A stretch of 64,000 nucleotides of DNA, taken from NCBI GenBank assembly GCA_013265495.1, contig MU058198.1, positions 1,438,419-1,502,418 on the forward strand. The letters are read 5' to 3'. Position 1 is the stretch's first letter, and every line of letters begins with the position of its first letter. Of the stretch, positions 57,589-64,000 are shown piece by piece. A program made the translations under genes and the position numbers. The notes under the pieces are model-generated. The model was given only the letters and a program-made list of their open reading frames with translations, had not been told where the DNA came from and searched no databases. This DNA comes from Vicugna vicugna. Lineage: Eukaryota.

Positions 57589-60500
57589 GATGCTGGTGAC
57601 CTGGCCTCTAGAGTGGCCCCCTCTGGATCGGATGCCCTCGTTGCCACTGGCCCGTGTGCCTCAACATGCCATCAGCCAGAGGAGCCAGCCAACCTGGAAG
57701 GAAATCGGAGAGTAGTCACCACTGGACAGGGAGGCGGAGTCCGCAAGCTCCCCTCCAGGGAGTGAGCAGCACACCACTTTGTTTCAATGAGCCAAGCGTG
57801 AGCCAGGGAGATACCCCAAGTTCATCACCCCCTCCCTCACAAGCCTATACCTTCACCTTGGAAATGCAGTGGCTAGGGCACACAGAGAGCCAATAAGCAA
57901 GATTTCCTAAAATTCTTAAGGTAACATGGATTACAAAGAGGTTGATTCGTGTGCAGAACGTATCGAGGAAGACTGTAGTTTGGCTAGAAATATTCCAAAG
58001 GAAATTTGTCTTGCCAGATTGCCGTCACATAAGAGAAGTTGTTTGGGCCGGGGTTAACCCAGAAGGTGCAAATAAAAACATCATCTTCTAGTCTCCCAGG
58101 TTGTCTTCTGAAGTAGGATGAGGAGGGAAAAGGGGTGGCCACATCCAGACAATTACGCAGTTTCATCACGGCCTAAAGATGAGGTAAAGGATTTGCAGAC
58201 TCAAGACTACAAGCAGAGTCCTCACCAAATAACGAAGTAAAAATTGCCTTTGATTTCTTTAAATTCCTTCCTGGGGCCCACCTACACAGTGGATGAAATG
58301 CCTTTCTCCACCCTCCTCTTACCGCCTACAGGAACCACCCACCAAGGCCATAAGCCACACTCAGGGTCCCAGTCGCCGGCCGGCAAGGTGGTGAGCAGCA
58401 CGCGAGCCAGGCTCACACTAACTGTGAACGTCCCACACGGCCTCCAGGCCCAGTCTTCCAAGAGGGTGTCTCCATTTTTAAAGAAGGGCTGATTCTTACC
58501 CAAATACAGTCACTAAGTGATAAGATAATTGCTAGATGAAAAAGAAAAGTCTGCCCCAATATATAACAAACTCATCACTGTGGCTTACTTATTACTTACA
58601 TAACTAATAAGTGTTTTTTACAGAACTGCTGGGCCAGGGGTGAGGTGATTTCTCTGAAGACTATCTACTCAAGACTCTTATTCTTACCTTCAGCCAGTCC
58701 ACTAGAAGATCCATCTAAAATTTAGTATTTGTAAAATTTTTCCACCTGTTGTATAGCAAGTGCAGCCTCTAAAATTACAATGTTAACAGAAATTTGGACC
58801 AGGAGACAGAAGTGTAGTAGGGAAAACAGACCAAATCAATGTCAGTCCCATGCCTCCCCAGACCTTCACAATCCAAATTCAAAGCCCGAAGGATACTGGC
58901 AGTGAGGCAGAAGGCAGGGTGCTTTTAATGGAAAGTTGGAGTTTTAACTTTACCTAAAGAACTTAAGCTTCCTCCAAATAGCACCTGGATAAATTTGAAG
59001 TTATCTTCAGAAGGAATTCTAAGGGGAATTTCTGAGTGTACAAGTTTAAAATGAAGACCAGGATCATTCCTGTAGTTACTGGAGTCTCATCGCATCTGGG
59101 TGTGTCCCATTCTCCACCCTCAAAGAGGAGGAATGACAAAGAGACAAGACTGTACATGCCCTTAAACAACGTGCAGTTTCACCTAAGTTTCAAAAAACAC
59201 ACTGAAACCCTCACAAGGCTTTTGGTGTGGAAAATGACAGACCTAATCAAGTTTTTTTTTTTAAGTTTTTTATGCTTTTAGAGTATAGCTAGGAAGCAAG
59301 AAGCACAACCTGTTAAAATCTGAAAAGGCAAGGGGTTAATTCTTGGAAGACCAGCACACAAGGGATGCAAGTGTTTGAGCTGAATTGTCTCAAAACAAGC
59401 AGGACTGTACCATGTGGAGGGTCTGGTTTCCAGACTTGTGCTCCTGAAGACTAACGTGCTGAAAGAAACAAAAGGCCCAAACCTACACAAACCCCACATG
59501 CGCACAGAGCGGCAGCCCTGACTCCCAGGCACGCTGACTCACCAGGGTTTGCTGCTCGGCTCCTGCTGCTGAGGGAAGACCAGGTACCTGGCAGGAAAAG
59601 AGGATTTCCTGGCTTCTGACTGACCCAGCTCCCCCAGGCCACTCACCGCTGCCCCTGCTGGACAGAGGCTTCATTGTACCAGCTTCCTCCAAATCCTGGT
59701 GCCAAGGCCTTCAGGTAGGGACAGAGCAGACGGGCCTCCCAAAGAGGCCGTAACCTATTACCCAACCAGCCCTCCACATCAAAGCATCTTTGGTGACCTG
59801 ACACAGCAGAACCAGCTGAAATCTGAAGGCTTTCAACATGCCCAGCAGATGGAAAAAAGGAGGGGAAAGATCCATTCTGACAGATGATCAGTCAGGAAGT
59901 GCTGCCAAAAGGCTGGATTCCTTTCTTCCATTCTGGGCCTTTCCTTTGAAACACCCTCACCCAGCTGTGAGTTGAAGCAGGCAGTGGTCTCAAGCCAGAA
60001 GGAAGTACTTCCAGATCTGATGAGCACGGCCCTGATGACTCCATGGGCTCCCTTCTTTTGTGTCTACGTCTCTGGAAAAACAGTTCTCTGCGCCCAGAGG
60101 TTTCCCCAGGTGCAATCATGGTGCTCGGCCCTGTGTCCCAGGCTGGCAGCACGTCAAGTGTTTTAAGGCTGAAAGTCTCCCTGGACCCACTAGCGGTTGG
60201 TTAATAGCTAGTAACAGCAGTTATCAATTACTGAACACTTGATGTCGTGCCAGGCACTATGCTAAGCACTTTACGGACATTAAAACTCCGATATCCTCAC
60301 CACAACCCCATTTAAACAGAGGGGAAGCTGAGGCACAAAGAAAATTACCCAAGATCATAAGCAGAACCTGGCTTGAAAAACCAGGACCTTTTACCACTAG
60401 GCTAGACTGCTAAGCCCACCTACATCAGATCATGTAGGGAAATCCCACCAATGGATGGATCCCGAGCTCAGGAGTGGTGCCACAGCAATCCCAGAGCAGC

Positions 60501-63500
60501 AAGATTTACAACTGGGCACTGGAAAGAGAACACATAGTCTGTGCCCAGTGTTCAAGGCTCAAGAAGGGCGTCCCAGCCACTGCCCTCTCCCAGGCAGGAT
60601 GCCCTTAAGAGTCAGCCTCACCAGAGGCAGGGACTAGAGTTCTTAAACCTCTGATGCTTGAGCCCACCAGCATGGTTAAAAGCTCCAACACTGCCACTGG
60701 TTGTCTGACCTTGATCAAAACCTGAACTTCCTCAACCTGCAAAATGCTACTTCAAAGAGCAGTTGTTAAGGATTCAGTCAGGAAATGCAGGTAAAGGGCA
60801 CCTGGCACACACTGTCCCCTACACAGAAAATACTTGCTATGACAGCTACTGCTGTTATTAACAGCCAAGCAGTAACTGGTCAGCCTGACAGGCAACTCAG
60901 CTTGTCCCATCCGAACCCTGGCTCCAGGCTTCGGCTTCCCCAGGCTCAGACAGGATGCTGATCATGCACTTGGGTCCCGCTCAAAAACGGTCTCTTGAAC
61001 TCTAGCACTGACCCTGCTCAAATGCATCACTGGTGAGAAATCCATGAGGGATCAGATTCTCTGTAGCATAAGACTTGTGGACTGATCCTGAATACAATCA
61101 AGCTGGGTGTTTGCTGTGCCCTATGGATACTGTGGACTGCTGGTCACTCCCTGCCCCTAACCTGGGGCAAGCTTCCAGTCAGTTGCAGACTCCATTCCCT
61201 TTCCACCGAGTCCCAGCTCTGTGGGTCTACAAAGGACAGGATTTTTAGCTTGCTACTCATTTATACGCATTTAACGGAACTGCCTGACCAGTGGTCCTCC
61301 TGCCGCCTCTCTGAAGTAGAAACCTCAAACAGTCTGGGTGCCCCAGAGCCCAATTTCATCGACACAGCTATCACTGTAATGTACTAACAAATGCAAACTT
61401 TTTGTATTTGTTACTACATTATAACAGCTATGTGCAGATATAGCTCTGTGAAGGAATTACCCCCATCTCATAGGAAAAGAAACGGAGGCACACCGAGGTC
61501 AAGGAGCTTTCTAGGAAGGGAGAAGCTGGAACCGAGTAAGAGGATGGGCTCTGGGAACAGACAAACCTGGATCTGAATCATGGTGATGGCACCCACTCTG
61601 TGACTATCAGCATGTAATTTTAAAATGAACAGCTGAACCTCAAGGACTGGTGGGTGAACAAAATAATCCATGTAAAGTGCTCTGCTCATAAAAATATTCA
61701 GTAAATGCCAGCCTTTATTATAGTTGTTATCGCGAAGTTGGTGACAGAATCAAGCCTCCCTTCTCCTAGAGCAGTGCTCTTCTCAGCAGCCGGGCCGGGT
61801 CTCCTGGGGCAGGCCGGGTACGCTGCCACCCACAGCAGCTCTCCTGCCCTTGCAGTGACTCTGCCCTCCAGTCACAGGAGACACACATGACTGGAATGGA
61901 GCAAGGGACAAGGAGGGGTGGGAAGAAAGGAAAGGCAGGAAGAACAAAAGGGGGGGAGTCACAAACCAGGAAACCTACTTCCAGGCACATCTTTGTGGGT
62001 TTACTTGAAAGCCTAGAGACAGGAACTGCTCAGTTTACGCTACAGCAAGATCAGCCTCCAGGTTTTCGCCTTCAGCCTCAGCGCCAAATTCTTCTGCTTC
62101 TCTCTTTCCCTCCCTCCTCCTCTGCTCATCAGCATCCAGCCTCCCTCTTCCCCTGTGCCAGCCCCAGCTGCTATTCCTGGGGACGGGCCTGGCTGCCTGC
62201 CCGGCTCCGGGCCTGAAGCTGGCTCTGCTGGGCTGAGGGCAATCCCAGAGGTCGTGGTCCCTATGGATGCTCTGGCTCCACAGAGAGCCAGAGAAGAGAG
62301 GCCGGGAGGCTGCTGCTGTCTTAGGCAGTTCTATGGAGTGAGGACCAGGCAAGTCCTCTCTGCCAGGACTTACTATCTACCTCTGAGACAGAACCACCTC
62401 TTACGGAACAGAATCCCCATGAAGGGCTAACCACACAAAGACACAGTGCGAATGGAGACAGGAAAGGAGAAAGGAGCGTGAACCAGTGTTATGGAAAGAA
62501 AGGTGGAGGGACTGATGAGAGGAACACAGGGCTGTATGCTTCATATACACCATCACCTCAAACCTCACCACCACCTAGCTTGTCAGGGCTCTTACTGATC
62601 AGGAAACTGGGGTTTCTTAGCCACTAAGCAGTGGGACTAGGAAATAAAACCAGTCTGTCAGACTCCAAAGTCTACCCAATGGGAAGGTTTCACAAAGATG
62701 GGTCTTGTTCTGGTCCTTCAATGACTGGAAGCGTGGAGTGGAAAGGAAGGAGGCAGAGGGCCAATCTGGTTGGTCCAAACTGAGAGAGGATTTTAATGAG
62801 AGAGGAAATGTTTATTAATAGCAGCATCTTTTAAATTATATATATATATGTGTATTGAGAAGATTGATGTGACTTGTCACATTTGACACACTGTAACTCC
62901 ACGAAGAAGATAATGCAATCTTCAGTTTACAGAGGGGGAAACTGAACAGAGTTTAAGGGATTTGGCCTGCGATCACACAGCCAGTCTATAAAGGAAAAGG
63001 GATTCAAAAGCCCAGGCAGTCTGACTCTGAACTTGCCATTCTACATCACTGGCCTCACGACTTGCTGTTCTCGGCTGTGATGTATGCCGGGATACACCCT
63101 TCCCCTGAGGAGAGGACGACGGCCCAAGAAGAAAAGACACATTATCAACACCTAAATGCACTCCAGAGGCACTGAGTCACCAGGAATAGAGCAAACTCCC
63201 AGGAAGCCTTCGGCTCCGGTCTGGGACCTTCCCAAGCAGCGTGTGCCTCTGATCAAGTCACTTAGCCTCTCTGAGTTTCTGTGATCCCGACATTTAAGTC
63301 CTTCCACCAAGTCTAATACTGTGGGACTCCCTTCACTTTTTGGCATCCGAAGAGGCTGAAATTCTGAATTTGTATTTTGCCTCCTGAGTGAACAGCTCTC
63401 ATACCTCTTGCCCAAGCCTGTTAGAGCCAAGGGAAAACAAGAAAAGTCCAAAAGGAGCCAGAAAGCAGGGGAACTCCGATCTGAACAGGAGGTAAAAGAT

Positions 63501-64000
63501 CACACTGTTTTTGCAGCCTTCCCTCTCCTCATCATCTTAGTTTGATCTCCGCAAGGTCAGAAATAGGCCCTGACATACAGAAAACAGACCAGTGCAAGCT
63601 GGCTCACTGCTTCAGCTGGCTGGGGCCGGAAGCTCACTCCAAGGAATGCTGTGTTGGCTGCTGACGGGGAGCCTGTCACCCAAGGAACAGCCTTGTGAAA
63701 CGAGGAGCTAAAACACAGAGAGCAAATGCTGACAGTGTCGGCAAGACACTCGAGATCTACTCTGAGATTTCCTTGAGAGAAGGGACCAGTCCAATCCACC
63801 CCTCCCATTCTGTTCCCATCCAGTGTCTATTAAGAAGCAAGAAGCCACTGAGAGATCCTGGTGTTCTATGTATTAGCAAGAAGAAACCCATCTTTCCAAG
63901 TTTCACCCAAACGGTTTGCACAGCTAGTTGGGTGCATGTTTTTACTGCTTACTGTATATGCCAGTCACCTAGCTGCCAGGGGCTGAAGCGGCTGTACTGG

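Noticed and set aside
1..64000. Prokaryote-type systems (CRISPR arrays, operons, defence systems), rRNA, snoRNA or U12-type introns
   Set aside because: The sequence is intron-rich mammalian DNA; I saw no repeat-spacer array, no rRNA similarity, no convincing C/D or H/ACA structure and no RTATCCTT donor at any mapped intron.

Overview
Mammalian genomic DNA. It is probably from a camelid, because it carries three tRNA-Ala(AGC)-derived SINEs resembling the camelid vic-1 family. The window holds the conserved ACSM3-ERI2-REXO5-DCUN1D3 block. It contains the last four coding exons of ACSM3 (+), all of ERI2 (-, 9 coding exons, 687 aa), all of REXO5 (+, 19 coding exons, 775 aa) and both coding exons plus the long 3'UTR of DCUN1D3 (-, 304 aa; first exon and promoter not identified here). 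I read exon boundaries by hand from GT-AG sites and checked that the phases join into open frames. ERI2 and REXO5 are both DEDDh exonucleases and share a CpG-island bidirectional promoter. I found no evidence of a wholly new biological system. The most unusual items are: (1) a nested MER3/LTR/LTR/poly(A) insertion cluster in an ACSM3 intron that appears to record a palindrome resolved by central deletion and leaves an inverted repeat; (2) a Phe next to the catalytic His of ERI2; (3) two uORFs and a strong competing splice donor in DCUN1D3; (4) candidate CTCF sites; (5) CpG-rich ancient repeats in a DCUN1D3 intron. Repeat family names and comparisons to human proteins come from memory, not from a database search.
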